64,000 nucleotides of DNA, taken from positions 413 to 64,412 of the forward strand of contig CALVTH010000005.1 of NCBI GenBank assembly GCA_944360115.1. Reading direction: 5' to 3'. The translations under genes and the position numbers were made by a program. The DNA comes from an uncultured Clostridia bacterium (lineage in GTDB: Bacteria; Bacillota; Clostridia; Christensenellales; CAG-917). Of the stretch, positions 1 through 14,275 are shown piece after piece (position 1 is the first letter of the stretch; every line of letters begins with the position of its first letter). The notes under the pieces are model-generated. The model was not told the origin of the DNA. It did no database searches and worked only from the letters and a program-made list of their open reading frames with translations.

Positions 1-25
1 AATCGCACATAAGGTGATTTTTATC

Positions 26-54
26 TTGACAATCGCACATTATGCGATTAGAAT
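26..54 (+). promoter_or_regulatory. SigA-type promoter of the 72..1322 gene (-35 TTGACA 26-31, 17-bp spacer, -10 TAGAAT 49-54)
   Basis: Hexamers read directly. RBS GAGGAGGG at 61-68 and ATG at 72 follow. Confidence 0.6.
31..49. promoter_or_regulatory. Palindromic operator-like site AATCGCA-N5-TGCGATT filling the promoter spacer
   Basis: Perfect 7-bp inverted repeat. Extra half-site copies at 1-7 (AATCGCA) and 54-60 (TGCGAAT). Confidence 0.5.
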
Positions 55-71
55 GCGAATGAGGAGGGCTT

Positions 72-1322
72 ATGGAAAATTTTGAAACAAATATGGCAGC
101 GGAAAAAGCAAATTCCGCAACGGAAGAGGCGGCGGTTGCCGCCGAAAGCGGCAGCGGAAACGGCGAGCGGGGAGCGCAACCGGTCGCGACCGCGTCGGAG
201 CCCGCACCCGCACCTTCGACCGAAGAATACAAACTCCCCGTCAGGCGCGAACCCGACAAACAATTCAAACGCATTAAATTCAAACACAAACTGCGCACCG
301 AAATGCCTATGGCAATGGTGACGATGTTTGTCGTTTTGGCGGTAATGGCGTCTATAAACTTACAGAGCGGGAGCGGAACAGGAATCATTATCCCCTTGCT
401 CATTTATGTGGTGTTCTTTTTGACGGCGCTTGCGGTCGCGTTCGCCTTGACCAGAATGAATGCCGAAGAAAGGAGAGTGGTTGAGCGCATACGCAATATC
501 GTTGCCGGCAACGCGCACATCGAAGGAAAGATGAAAGGCAGGAGCGCCGAAAGGGAGTTCTGGGGTATCGTTAAAGATGGCGACAAGGAGCGTTTCGAGA
601 CCAGAGCCGCCGAAGAAGAAAAGAAAATCGACGCTTACATTCAGGCGGTCAGAACGCGGTACGCTCCGAATGCGGGGGCGGTGGAAAACAACGGCGAGGG
701 CACTTTCGACGGCTGGCTCATTCAGAAAATCGGTTGGAACATTCTTTCCGCGTTGGTCACGCTCATAACCCTCGGTATAGCGTTCCCCGTCACGGTGGTG
801 TGGAAAGAAAAGTGGCGTTGCAAGCACACTCTTTACGAAGGGAAGAGGTTGACTTTCGACGGGCGCGCCTCACAACTTATCGGAAATTGGCTGCTGTGGA
901 TGTTTCTTTCTGTGGTCACCTGCGGAATATTCATTCTGTTCATTCCCGGCAAAATCAAGAAGTGGAAGGCAAAGCATACCCGACTCGCAGGCGAGTATGT
1001 CGAATTCGGCTCGACTTTCGACGGTTGGCTGGGGCAGGAAGTGCTGTTGCTTGTTGCGGGGCTCGCGGTGTCCGTGTGCACTCTGTTCATAGGCGTGCCC
1101 TTCGCAATGAGCTGGATGGCGCGTTGGCGCTGCAATCACACCGTGCTCGACGGCAAGAGACTGCGTTTCGACGGCAAGGCGGTGCAGCTTTTGGGCAGAT
1201 ATGTCGTGTGGTTGCTGCTGTCGGTGGTCACATTGAGTATATACGCGTGGTTTATTCCCAACCGCTTCAACAAGTGGAAGGCAAAGCACACGCGCCTTGC
1301 GGAGGGCTACGAACTTTGTTGA
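72..1322 (+). CDS. Membrane protein with two tandem DUF898/YjgN-like modules. The N-terminus is a low-complexity region, then 2 TM helices, then a charged helical linker.
   Basis: 416-aa ORF with a strong RBS. The motif FDGWL..W(K/R)C.HT..GKRL.FDG..QL.G..LSVVT..FIP..KWKAKHTRLA occurs twice, 104 aa apart. Confidence 0.8.
   Translation: MENFETNMAAEKANSATEEAAVAAESGSGNGERGAQPVATASEPAPAPSTEEYKLPVRREPDKQFKRIKFKHKLRTEMPMAMVTMFVVLAVMASINLQSGSGTGIIIPLLIYVVFFLTALAVAFALTRMNAEERRVVERIRNIVAGNAHIEGKMKGRSAEREFWGIVKDGDKERFETRAAEEEKKIDAYIQAVRTRYAPNAGAVENNGEGTFDGWLIQKIGWNILSALVTLITLGIAFPVTVVWKEKWRCKHTLYEGKRLTFDGRASQLIGNWLLWMFLSVVTCGIFILFIPGKIKKWKAKHTRLAGEYVEFGSTFDGWLGQEVLLLVAGLAVSVCTLFIGVPFAMSWMARWRCNHTVLDGKRLRFDGKAVQLLGRYVVWLLLSVVTLSIYAWFIPNRFNKWKAKHTRLAEGYELC
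702..1319 (+). repeat. Intragenic tandem duplication (2 x 312 nt = 2 x 104 aa)
   Basis: The protein repeat starts at residues 211 and 315. The identical 17-mer AAGTGGAAGGCAAAGCA lies at 960-976 and 1272-1288. Confidence 0.8.
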
Positions 1323-1400
1323 GTTTTACCGCGCACATTACTGTCACACCGTGCGCGCGTTAAAACCGTCGCGGCGCTTGATCGCCGCGAAAATCCCCTG

Positions 1401-1434
1401 AAGAACAACCCGCGACGGGTTGTTCTTTCTTTTT
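1401..1434 (+). terminator. Intrinsic terminator after the 72..1322 gene
   Basis: About 11-bp stem (AAGAACAACCC / GGGTTGTTCTT) with a 5-nt loop, followed by a T-rich run. Confidence 0.7.
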
Positions 1435-1461
1435 GTTTGGTCGCTTTTTTGTGCGTCGGGA

Positions 1462-2580
1462 TTATTTGAGGAGCACCTGCGCGCAGGCGGCGATTGCGTT
1501 GCCGTCGCCTATGTCGCCCACGCCTTCGTTGGTGGTGGCGGTTATGCCGAAATGTTCCTTGTTCATGTCGAGCAGTTTCGTCATGCGGGTGCGCATTCTG
1601 TCGATGTAGGGGGCAAGCAGGGGTTTTTCGGCGATTATGCTCACCGAGCAGCTGACCACGCTGCGGTTTTTGGCGCGCATGATTTTGAGCACGCCTTTCA
1701 GCAGTTTCACACTGTCCGCGCCGTCGTATTTCGGGTCGTCGACGGGGTAGAGGTGTCCGATGTCCTTTTCGCCGAGGGCGGAGAGAATGGCGTCCATTAG
1801 GGCGTGTATCGCCGCGTCGCCGTCGGAGTGCGCGACAAAGGAGAATGGGCAGGGGATACGCTCGCCGAGCAGTTTTATTCCTCTGCCTTCGGCGAGACGG
1901 TGAATGTCGTAGCCGAAGCCGGTAAGGTAGGTGAGCAGGTCAGATTTGACGGTGATTTTGATGTTGTCGGGGTCGCCGTCGACGAGCGTGACGGGTCCGT
2001 GGGCGTATTCGTCGACGACGCAGAAGTCGTCGAGATAGTCGCCCGCGACTTCGGCATACGCCTTTTCCACGCGTTCGCGCTCGAACCCGACGGGGGTCTG
2101 CACTCTGCGATAGGGAGTGCGGTCGAGGTGCGAGACGCCGTCCTCGCCCGCGTACAGAATGTTGTCCACGAGGGGCAGGACGGGCACGCACGCGCCGTAT
2201 TTTTCCGCGCCCTTGACGACGCGTTTTATGAGAGATTCGGTGACATAGGGGCGGGCACCGTCGTGTATGAGCACGAGGTCGCAATCGTCGTCGAGGGCTT
2301 CCAGTCCGTATTTGACCGTGCGCGTGCGCGTTGCGCCGCCGCGCGTGAGGACGATGCGCCTGTCGTCGTCCAGTCCCGCGCGTTCGAGCGCGTCGAGAAA
2401 CTCGTCGGATGAGTCGGTGTCGATGGCGATTATGACGCGTTTGATTTCGCGAAAAGCCAGAAAAGGCTTGATGGCTTCCACCAGCACGCAGGTGGAGCGA
2501 CAAGGCTCCAGAAGTTTGTTTTCCTTGCCGTAGCGCAGGCTGCTTCCGCCTGCGGCGACGACGACATTGATTGTGGACAT
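1462..2580 (-). CDS. ispDF: Bifunctional 2-C-methyl-D-erythritol 4-phosphate cytidylyltransferase / MEcPP synthase (IspD-IspF fusion)
   Basis: N-terminus VVAAGGSSLRYG...KLL is IspD-like. C-terminus GFGYDIHRL...HSDGDAAIHALMDA...TTNEGVG is IspF-like. Confidence 0.9.
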   Translation of the reverse strand: MSTINVVVAAGGSSLRYGKENKLLEPCRSTCVLVEAIKPFLAFREIKRVIIAIDTDSSDEFLDALERAGLDDDRRIVLTRGGATRTRTVKYGLEALDDDCDLVLIHDGARPYVTESLIKRVVKGAEKYGACVPVLPLVDNILYAGEDGVSHLDRTPYRRVQTPVGFERERVEKAYAEVAGDYLDDFCVVDEYAHGPVTLVDGDPDNIKITVKSDLLTYLTGFGYDIHRLAEGRGIKLLGERIPCPFSFVAHSDGDAAIHALMDAILSALGEKDIGHLYPVDDPKYDGADSVKLLKGVLKIMRAKNRSVVSCSVSIIAEKPLLAPYIDRMRTRMTKLLDMNKEHFGITATTNEGVGDIGDGNAIAACAQVLLK

Positions 2581-2612
2581 AATTCTCCGTGGGGCAGCTC
2601 GGCCGCGCCCTT

Positions 2613-2861
2613 TTATTCCTCTCCGATAATGCGGTACATCTCGGAAGCCGACTGTTTGGACTGTTTCTCGGAGATGTCGAGCACCTCGAAGGTCAGGCTG
2701 CCCGCGCCGAAAGACACTTTCACCGTGTCGCCGACCTTGACTTCCTTTGCGGGTTTTGCGGGTTTGCCGTTGATTTCTATTCTGCCGCCGGAGCAGGCTT
2801 CCGCCGCGACGGTGCGCCTTTTGATGACGCGCGAAACTTTGAGGAATTTGTCTATTCTCAC
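2613..2861 (-). CDS. Small RNA-binding S4-domain protein (YabO/RqcP / Hsp15 family)
   Basis: VRIDKFLKVSRVIKRRTVAAEACSGGRIEINGKPAKP... matches the S4 motif. I place the start at GTG 2861, preceded by GGAAAGGA. The longer tracked ORF (to 2996) would run over the rpoB promoter. Confidence 0.75.
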   Translation of the reverse strand: MRIDKFLKVSRVIKRRTVAAEACSGGRIEINGKPAKPAKEVKVGDTVKVSFGAGSLTFEVLDISEKQSKQSASEMYRIIGEE

Positions 2862-2953
2862 CGTTTTTCCTTTCCGCGGAGACTCCGAAAAACCGCCGCG
2901 CGGGGGCGGAGGGGATTCTCGGCGGAGAAACATCGATTTTTTTATTCGCACAC

Positions 2954-2982
2954 TTGACAGTCTTGCATTTTGCTGATACAAT
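2954..2982 (+). promoter_or_regulatory. Promoter upstream of rpoB (-35 TTGACA 2954-2959, extended -10 TGaTACAAT 2974-2982)
   Basis: Consensus -35, 17-bp spacer, TG-extended -10. About 180-nt leader to rpoB. Confidence 0.6.
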
Positions 2983-3164
2983 GACAAAATGCGCAATACT
3001 GCTTAGGACTACCCTCGAAATGAAAAATTACGGGGGTAGGGGGTTTTCTCCACGAGTGTCAGTATAACGCAACGGAGCAAAAAAAACAAGGGCTTTCCGC
3101 AAACGAGAAGTTTTCGAAAATTTTTTTGCGGGAAGGAAAAGTTGCAAATTTTAAGGAGTTAAGA

Positions 3165-6100
3165 ATGTCCCAAAGAATCCACAAGGTCATGTACGGGAAA
3201 ACCGAGCGCCAGACTTTTTCCAAGATCAAAGATGTGCTCGCTATCCCGTACCTTATCGAGGTGCAAAAAGATTCCTACGAAAGCTTCATCGGCGACGGGA
3301 TAAGCGAGGTCTTTGCCGATTATTCGCCTATCGTCGACTACGCCGGTCGCTATAAGCTGGAATTTCTTTCCCACACTCTCACGGGTGAACCCAAGTACTC
3401 CGTCAAGGAATGCAAGGACCGCGACACCACCTACGCGCTTCCCCTCAAGGTCAAGGCACGCCTCACCAACAACGACACGGGCGAGTTCATCGAGCAGGAA
3501 GTGTTCATGGGCGATTTCCCGCTCATGACCGAGGCGGGGTCCTTCGTCATCAACGGCGCAGAGCGTGTTATCGTCAGCCAGCTTGTCAGAAGCCCCGGCG
3601 TGTACAGCGAGAAATCCCTCGACCGCAACGGCGTTCCCCGCTATAAGACCACCGTCATCCCCAACAGGGGCGCATGGCTGGAGTTCGAACAGGACCAGAA
3701 CGATGTGCAGTGGGTGCATGTCGACAGGATGAGAAAGATCACCGCGACGACCTTGCTCCGCGCTCTCGGTTACGGCACCGACGAGGAGCTGCTCGCGCTG
3801 TTCGGCGACGACGATATGGTGCGCGCCACCTGCGACAAGGACACCGCCTGCAAGACCGGCGACGCCGGCAAGATGGACCTCTTCAGGAGACTCCGTCCGG
3901 GCGAAGTGCCCACCATCGAAGGCGCCGACATCCTTATCAACGGCATTTTCTACGACTACAAGAAGTACGACCTCGCAAGAGTCGGCAGATACAAGTACAA
4001 CAAGAAGCTGTCCCTCGCTTCCCGTATCGCGGGCAGGGAGCTTGCCGAGGCGGTCGTCAATCCGCAGACGGGCGAAATCCTCGCCGACGCCGGTGAAAGA
4101 CCCGACGAGAAAAAGGCGACCGAAATCCAGAACAGCGGCGTCAATGTCGTCTACCTTGCCTACACCGACAAGGAAGGCGTAAAGAGAAAGCACAAAGTCA
4201 TCGGCAACAACACCGTCGACCTCGCGGCTTTCGTCGACTGCAATCCCCGCGACTACGGCATCCGCGAGAAAGTGTATTATCCCGCGCTCAAGAGCCTGCT
4301 CGAGGAATATCCCGACCGCGACGAATTCTTCGTCGCCCTCAGGACGCGTGCCGTTGCCGACACCCTCGTCAGCAAGCACATCACTCTCGATGACATCGTG
4401 GCGACGGTGAGTTACAACCTCGGACTGCGTTACGGCTTCGGCACATGCGACGACATCGACCACCTCAGCAACAGGCGCGTCCGTCCCGTCGGCGAACTGC
4501 TGCAGAATCAGTTCCGTATCGGCGTGTCGAGGCTGGAAAGGGTCATCAAAGAGAGAATGGCTTCCGCTCAGGAAAACGCCGAAATCACTCCTCAGACCCT
4601 CATCAACATCCGTCCCGTCACCAGCGCGATAAGGGAATTCTTCGGGTCCTCTCAGTTGTCGCAGTTCATGGACCAGCCCAACCCCATTGCCGAACTGACT
4701 CACAAGAGAAAACTTTCGGCACTCGGTCCCGGCGGTCTCAACCGCGAACGCGCCAGCTTCGAAGTGCGAGATGTTCACCACTCCCACTACGGCAGAATGT
4801 GCCCCATCGAGACCCCCGAAGGTCAGAACATAGGTCTTATCTCCTCGCTGTCCACCTACGCCCGCGTGAACGAGTACGGATTCATCGAGTCGCCCTATCG
4901 CAGAATCGACAAGGCGACGGGAATCGTCACCGACGAAGTGGTGTACATGACGGCGGACGAAGAGGACAAATATGTCGTGGCGCAGGCAAACGAACCCCTC
5001 GACGACGAGGGCAGGTTCGTCCGCGACCGCGTCATGTGCCGTATCAGAAGCGACATCCGCGAGAAGCCGAAGGACGAAGTCGACTACATGGATGTGTCGC
5101 CCAAGCAGTTGGTCTCCATAGCCACCGCACTCATTCCCTTCCTCGAGAACGACGACACCAACCGCGCGCTTATGGGCTCCAACATGCAGCGTCAGGCGGT
5201 TCCCCTTCTCAAGCCCGAAGCCCCGATGATTGCCACGGGCGTCGAGCACCGAATCGCATACGACAGCGGCGCGATCAAACTCGCCAAGCGCGACGGTTTC
5301 GTCAAGTATGTCGACTCCGACAGAATCGAGGTCGAGACGACGGACGGCGACACCGATGTCTACACCCTCAGCAAATTCGAGCGTTCCAACCAGTCCACCT
5401 GCATAAACCAGCACCCCATAGTTTCCAAGGGCGACAAGGTCTATGCCGAAAAGCGCGACGAGAACGGCAAAGTCGTCTCCGAAGCCACCGTGCTCGCGGA
5501 CGGCCCCGCCACCGACCAGGGCGAACTCGCTCTCGGCAGGAACATCCTCGTCGGCTTCATGAGCTGGGAGGGCTACAACTACGAGGACGCCATCCTCATC
5601 AGCGAGGAACTGGTGCGCAACGATGTGTTCACATCCATTCACATCGAGGAGCACGAAATCGAGGCCCGCGACACCAAACTCGGCGAAGAGCAGATAACCC
5701 GCGACATACCCAACCTGTCCGACGACGCTCTGCGCAACCTCGACGAGGACGGTATCGTGCGCGTCGGCGCGGAAGTGAGAAGCGGCGACATCCTCGTCGG
5801 CAAGGTCACTCCCAAGGGCGAGACCGAACTCACCCCCGAAGAAAGACTGCTGCGCGCAATCTTCGGCGAGAAGGCAAGAGAGGTCAGGGACACCTCCCTC
5901 CGCGTTCCCAACGGAGAGGGCGGCATAGTCGTCGATGTCAAGATATTCACCAGAAAGAACCGCGACGAACTCAGCCCCGGCGTCAACAAACTCGTGCGCG
6001 TCTACATCGCGCAGAAGCGCAAGATTTCCGTCGGCGACAAGATGGCGGGCCGTCACGGCAACAAGGGCGTTATCTCCCGCGTGCTTCCCAAAGAGGATAT

Positions 6101-7001
6101 GCCTTTCCTCGCGGACGGCACTCCGTTGCAGATAGTCCTCAACCCCCTAGGCGTGCCTTCCCGTATGAACATCGGTCAGGTGCTGGAGGTCCACCTCGGT
6201 CTCGTGGCGAATATGCTCGGCTGGAAAGTGGCGACTCCCGTCTTCGACGGCGCGAACGAGCAGGACATCAAGCAGCTCTTCGCCGACTGCGGCATAGTCA
6301 ACGGCGAGGGCAAAGTGGACGGCAAGATCCGTCTCTACGACGGCAGAACGGGCGAGCCTTTCGAGAACCCCGTCACCGTCGGCTATATGTACATGCTCAA
6401 ACTGCATCACCTCGTCGACGACAAGATTCACGCCAGAAGCACCGGCCCCTACAGCCTCGTCACCCAGCAACCGCTCGGCGGCAAGGCGCAGTTCGGCGGA
6501 CAGCGTTTCGGCGAAATGGAAGTGTGGGCTCTCGAAGCCTACGGCGCGGCGAATATGCTGCAGGAAATCCTCACCGTCAAGTCCGACGATGTGGTGGGAC
6601 GCGTCAAGACCTACGAGTCCATTGTCAAGGGCAACAACATCTCCGAGCCCGGCATTCCCGAGTCCTTCAAGGTGCTCGTCAAGGAACTGCAGAGCCTCGG
6701 TCTCGACATCAAAGTTCTCACGGAGGACCGCGACGAAGTCGAACTCAGGGATTATTCCGACGAGGAACTCGACTTCGACAACGCGCCTCTCAAGAAAGAC
6801 AGCGACTTCAAAGAAGTCGACATCCTCGGCGAGGGCGGTCTGTTCGGCGAACTGCCGAGCGCAGGCGACTCCGGTCTCGACAGCCTGTTCGACAGTGCGG
6901 GCGACGACGACGAGAACATATTCTCCGCGCTCACGCAAGGTCAGCCCGATGTCTACGACATCTTCGGCAACGGCGGCGGAGATTCCGACGACGAGGAGTA
7001 A
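3165..7001 (+). CDS. rpoB: DNA-directed RNA polymerase subunit beta
   Basis: Unmistakable RpoB sequence ([30 protein letters not shown]...). ATG 3165 follows AAGGAG. Long acidic C-terminal tail. Confidence 0.98.
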   Translation: MSQRIHKVMYGKTERQTFSKIKDVLAIPYLIEVQKDSYESFIGDGISEVFADYSPIVDYAGRYKLEFLSHTLTGEPKYSVKECKDRDTTYALPLKVKARLTNNDTGEFIEQEVFMGDFPLMTEAGSFVINGAERVIVSQLVRSPGVYSEKSLDRNGVPRYKTTVIPNRGAWLEFEQDQNDVQWVHVDRMRKITATTLLRALGYGTDEELLALFGDDDMVRATCDKDTACKTGDAGKMDLFRRLRPGEVPTIEGADILINGIFYDYKKYDLARVGRYKYNKKLSLASRIAGRELAEAVVNPQTGEILADAGERPDEKKATEIQNSGVNVVYLAYTDKEGVKRKHKVIGNNTVDLAAFVDCNPRDYGIREKVYYPALKSLLEEYPDRDEFFVALRTRAVADTLVSKHITLDDIVATVSYNLGLRYGFGTCDDIDHLSNRRVRPVGELLQNQFRIGVSRLERVIKERMASAQENAEITPQTLINIRPVTSAIREFFGSSQLSQFMDQPNPIAELTHKRKLSALGPGGLNRERASFEVRDVHHSHYGRMCPIETPEGQNIGLISSLSTYARVNEYGFIESPYRRIDKATGIVTDEVVYMTADEEDKYVVAQANEPLDDEGRFVRDRVMCRIRSDIREKPKDEVDYMDVSPKQLVSIATALIPFLENDDTNRALMGSNMQRQAVPLLKPEAPMIATGVEHRIAYDSGAIKLAKRDGFVKYVDSDRIEVETTDGDTDVYTLSKFERSNQSTCINQHPIVSKGDKVYAEKRDENGKVVSEATVLADGPATDQGELALGRNILVGFMSWEGYNYEDAILISEELVRNDVFTSIHIEEHEIEARDTKLGEEQITRDIPNLSDDALRNLDEDGIVRVGAEVRSGDILVGKVTPKGETELTPEERLLRAIFGEKAREVRDTSLRVPNGEGGIVVDVKIFTRKNRDELSPGVNKLVRVYIAQKRKISVGDKMAGRHGNKGVISRVLPKEDMPFLADGTPLQIVLNPLGVPSRMNIGQVLEVHLGLVANMLGWKVATPVFDGANEQDIKQLFADCGIVNGEGKVDGKIRLYDGRTGEPFENPVTVGYMYMLKLHHLVDDKIHARSTGPYSLVTQQPLGGKAQFGGQRFGEMEVWALEAYGAANMLQEILTVKSDDVVGRVKTYESIVKGNNISEPGIPESFKVLVKELQSLGLDIKVLTEDRDEVELRDYSDEELDFDNAPLKKDSDFKEVDILGEGGLFGELPSAGDSGLDSLFDSAGDDDENIFSALTQGQPDVYDIFGNGGGDSDDEE

Positions 7002-7013
7002 GGAGGTAGCGGT

Positions 7014-10793
<3,780 letters not shown>

Positions 10794-10794
10794 T

Positions 10795-11985
10795 ATGAAC
10801 AAAGCGGGAAAAAAGTTTTTCACATCCGAAAGCGTGACCGAAGGTCATCCCGATAAAGTTTGCGACCAGATAGCGGACGCCGTCCTCGACGACATTCTCG
10901 AGGACGACCCCGCCGCCCGCGTTGCCGTCGAGGTGTGCGCCACGACGGGTATGGTTATGGTGTTCGGCGAGATGACGACCTCGCACTACTGCGACATTCC
11001 GTCCATAGTGCGCGAAGTCATCAAGGACATCGGATACGACGACAGTTCGCTCGGATTCGACTACAAGACCTGCGCCGTCCTCACTTCTATAAACGAGCAG
11101 TCTCCCGACATCGCCCGCGGCGTCGACGAAGCCTCCGACTATGTCGGTTGCGACGAATTCGACAAGCAGGGCGCGGGGGATCAGGGTATGATGTTCGGCT
11201 GCGCCACCGACGAAACGCCCGAACTTATGCCCCTGCCCATAATGCTCGCCCACGCCGTGACGCGCCGTCTTACGGAAGTCCGCAAGTCGGGCGAAATCCC
11301 GTGGCTGCGTCCCGACGGAAAGAGCCAGATTACCGTCGAGTACGACGGCGGCGTGCCCAAACGCGTCGACGCCGTAGTGGTGTCGGCTCAGCACTCCGAG
11401 GATGTCGACTACGCGACGATCGAGCGCGAGATAACCGAGAAGGTCATAAAGAAAGCCGTTCCCGCCAAATATCTCGACAAGAAAACCCGCATTTACATAA
11501 ACCCCACGGGCAGATTCGTCATCGGCGGTCCCGCGGGCGACAGCGGGCTGACGGGCAGAAAGATAATCGTGGACACCTACGGCGGTTATTGCGCCCACGG
11601 CGGCGGCGCGCTGTCCGGCAAGGACCCGTCCAAGGTGGACAGAAGCGGGCTGTATATGGCGCGCTACATCTGCAAGAACCTCGTGGCGGCAAAGGTGTGC
11701 AAACGGGTGGAAATCGAGGTGGCGTACGCCATAGGCAGAGCCCGTCCCGTGTCCGTGCATGTCGATTCCTTCGGCACGGGCGTGGTGTCGGACGACAAGA
11801 TTGCCGAAATCGTTTCTTCCGTATTCGACCTCAGACCCGCCGCAATCATCAAAAATCTGCGGCTTGCCCGCCCCGTGTTCAGGGCGACTTCCAACTACGG
11901 TCATCTCGGGAGGGGAGATTTCACCTGGGAAAAGACCGACAAGGTGGACGAGATAGCAAAGGCACTCGCAAAGTACACGATATGA
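10795..11985 (+). CDS. metK: S-adenosylmethionine synthetase
   Basis: [47 protein letters not shown] 10795 lies just after the rpoC stop. Confidence 0.97.
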   Translation: MNKAGKKFFTSESVTEGHPDKVCDQIADAVLDDILEDDPAARVAVEVCATTGMVMVFGEMTTSHYCDIPSIVREVIKDIGYDDSSLGFDYKTCAVLTSINEQSPDIARGVDEASDYVGCDEFDKQGAGDQGMMFGCATDETPELMPLPIMLAHAVTRRLTEVRKSGEIPWLRPDGKSQITVEYDGGVPKRVDAVVVSAQHSEDVDYATIEREITEKVIKKAVPAKYLDKKTRIYINPTGRFVIGGPAGDSGLTGRKIIVDTYGGYCAHGGGALSGKDPSKVDRSGLYMARYICKNLVAAKVCKRVEIEVAYAIGRARPVSVHVDSFGTGVVSDDKIAEIVSSVFDLRPAAIIKNLRLARPVFRATSNYGHLGRGDFTWEKTDKVDEIAKALAKYTI

Positions 11986-11988
11986 AGA

Positions 11989-12016
11989 AAAAGCAAGGCG
12001 CGCCTTGCTTTTCTTA
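11989..12016 (+). terminator. Intrinsic terminator after metK
   Basis: Palindrome AAAAGCAAGG-CGCG-CCTTGCTTTT followed by CTTAT. Confidence 0.6.
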
Positions 12017-12055
12017 TAATGAAGCGCCGCGATAAGCGGCGCTCGGTTTCCGACA

Positions 12056-14275
12056 ATGCAACTCGAAGGCGAAATCAAAAATGTGATATTCCGCAGCGAA
12101 GAGACGGGTTATACCGTCCTCGACCTCAAGGTCGAGGACTCGCTTTTTACCGTCGTCGGAACAATGCCGCCCGTGTCCGCGGGTCAGCGGCTCAAAGCCG
12201 AAGGCGACTTCAGGACGCGCAGTCTTTACGGCAGACAGTTCACGGCGGAAAAGGTGTATGTCGGCGCGCCGTCGCGCGTGGACGGTATGATCAGATTCCT
12301 CGGCAGCGGACTCATCAAGGGGTTGGGACCCGTGACGGCGGCGGCAATCGTCGAGCGCTACGGCACCGAATCCCTCGAGATGATGAAGTATCCCATAGAA
12401 ATCGCCAAGGTCAAGGGCGTGTCGCTGAGAAAAGCCACGGAGTTCTGCCTTGCCTATTCGGGATTGCAGAAACTGCAGGCGGCGGTTATGTTCCTGCAAG
12501 GGCTGGGACTGACCGTCAATCTTTCCCTCAAGATATACCGCGCCTACGGCGACGCCACGGAGCAGAAGGTGCGCTCCAACCCCTATGTGCTCGTCGACGA
12601 CATCGAGGGCGTGGGCTTCGCCACGGCAGACAGGATAGCGGAGGAACTGGGTATCGCGCGGGACAGCGATTTCAGAATCTGCGCCGCCGTCAACTTCGTG
12701 CTGGCGGAAGCGTCGGCGAAATTCGGGCACAACTATCTTCCGGAAAACGAACTTTTATCAGGCGCAATCGACCTGTTAAAACTCGATATTGAAGAAACAG
12801 AGCGCAGAGTGCGCGACAATATCGAGGATATGATCATGCTCGGCGAGCTGGTCCGTTACGACACGGGGGAGTGCGTCGCGTTGCTTACGCGCCGCAGTTA
12901 CAACACCGAAGTGGGCATTGCGCGCAGGCTGGTCAGGCTTGCGGCGGAGGCCGCCGATTTCCGCGTCGATGTCGCCGCCGAGGTGGCGCGATTCGAGCGG
13001 GAAGCGGGCTTCGAACTGCACCCCACGCAGGTGGACGCCGTGCGCGCCGCCGTGGAAAACGGCGTGCAGATTGTCACGGGCGGTCCCGGCACGGGCAAGA
13101 CGACCATAGTCAAGTGTATTCTCCGTATGTTCGACAATCTCGGGCAGAAGGCGGCGTTGTGCGCGCCAACGGGCAGGGCGGCAAAGCGTATGTCCGTGGC
13201 GACCGGCGCCGCCGCCAAGACCATACACCGCCTGCTGGAGCTGGACTGGCGCGAGGACGGCGGACATTTCAGTTACAACGAAAACAGACCCCTGCCCCTC
13301 GACGCCGTCATCGTGGACGAGGTGAGTATGGTGGACGAGTTCGTCTTTTACGCCCTGCTCAAGGCTTTGCCGCGCGGCTGTCGTCTGGTGCTGGTCGGCG
13401 ACAAGGACCAGCTGGCTTCCGTGGGGGCGGGCAATGTGCTCAGCGACCTCATCCGTTGCGGACATTTCCCCGTCGTCGAGCTGACGCAGATTTACCGTCA
13501 GTCCGAGGACAGCAAAATCGTGCCCAACGCCCACAAAATCAACCGCGGCGAAATGCCCGACCTCGACAACAAGAGCCGCGATTTTTTCTTTGAGGAAAAA
13601 GAGGACGGCGACAGCATAGCGCGCACGGCGACCGACCTGGTCACGCGCCGTCTGCCCGAATATCTCGGCGTCGCGCCTCTAGACATCCAGCTGCTTTGCC
13701 CGATGAAACGGGGCAGCGCGGGCACAATCAATCTCAACCGCGTCCTGCAGAACGCGCTGAATCCGCCTTCCCGCGACAAGCGCGAAGCCCGTCAGGGCGA
13801 AAACCTTTTCCGCGAGGGCGACAAGGTCATGCAGACCAAGAACGACTACAACCGCGAATGGAAGCAGGAAACGGACGGCAGAGTGGAGACGGGCACGGGC
13901 GTTTTCAACGGCGACATAGGCGTGATTGAGAGCATAAATCCGCATATTATGCAGTTTACAGTGCGCTTTGACGACGATAAAGTGGCGGTTTACGAATATT
14001 CCGACATAGAGGAACTCACCCTTGCGTATGCCGTCACCATACACAAATCGCAGGGTAGCGAGTTCGACACCGTGGTCATCGCGCTGGACGCCAACTATAT
14101 GTTGCAGACCCGCAATCTGCTTTATACCGCGGTCACCCGCGCAAAGAAAATGGTGGTGCTCGTGGGCGCCAGGAAGACGGTGGCGCGAATGATACGCAAC
14201 AACGAGACGGCTCGCCGTTATTCTCTGCTCATCAATCTCATCGACGACGAAATCCGCGGGAGGGTTTTCCCGTGA
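12056..14275 (+). CDS. recD2: SF1B ATP-dependent DNA helicase, RecD2/RecD-like
   Basis: Walker A GGPGTGKTT, VIVDEVSMVD, C-terminal YAVTIHKSQGSEF and TAVTRAKK motifs. HhH-like N-terminal region. Confidence 0.9.
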   Translation: MQLEGEIKNVIFRSEETGYTVLDLKVEDSLFTVVGTMPPVSAGQRLKAEGDFRTRSLYGRQFTAEKVYVGAPSRVDGMIRFLGSGLIKGLGPVTAAAIVERYGTESLEMMKYPIEIAKVKGVSLRKATEFCLAYSGLQKLQAAVMFLQGLGLTVNLSLKIYRAYGDATEQKVRSNPYVLVDDIEGVGFATADRIAEELGIARDSDFRICAAVNFVLAEASAKFGHNYLPENELLSGAIDLLKLDIEETERRVRDNIEDMIMLGELVRYDTGECVALLTRRSYNTEVGIARRLVRLAAEAADFRVDVAAEVARFEREAGFELHPTQVDAVRAAVENGVQIVTGGPGTGKTTIVKCILRMFDNLGQKAALCAPTGRAAKRMSVATGAAAKTIHRLLELDWREDGGHFSYNENRPLPLDAVIVDEVSMVDEFVFYALLKALPRGCRLVLVGDKDQLASVGAGNVLSDLIRCGHFPVVELTQIYRQSEDSKIVPNAHKINRGEMPDLDNKSRDFFFEEKEDGDSIARTATDLVTRRLPEYLGVAPLDIQLLCPMKRGSAGTINLNRVLQNALNPPSRDKREARQGENLFREGDKVMQTKNDYNREWKQETDGRVETGTGVFNGDIGVIESINPHIMQFTVRFDDDKVAVYEYSDIEELTLAYAVTIHKSQGSEFDTVVIALDANYMLQTRNLLYTAVTRAKKMVVLVGARKTVARMIRNNETARRYSLLINLIDDEIRGRVFP

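Noticed and set aside
2862-2996. N-terminal 45-codon extension of the S4-domain ORF (tracked as 2613..2996)
   Set aside because: The extension is Pro/Arg/Ser-rich, overlaps the strong rpoB promoter on the other strand and lacks an RBS. GTG 2861 has a GGAAAGGA RBS and gives the family-typical size of about 82 aa.
4445-7009. 854-aa + strand ORF in an alternative frame of rpoB (extremely Arg/Gly/Pro-rich)
   Set aside because: Compositional artefact of the +1 frame of a GC-rich gene. No start context and no motifs.
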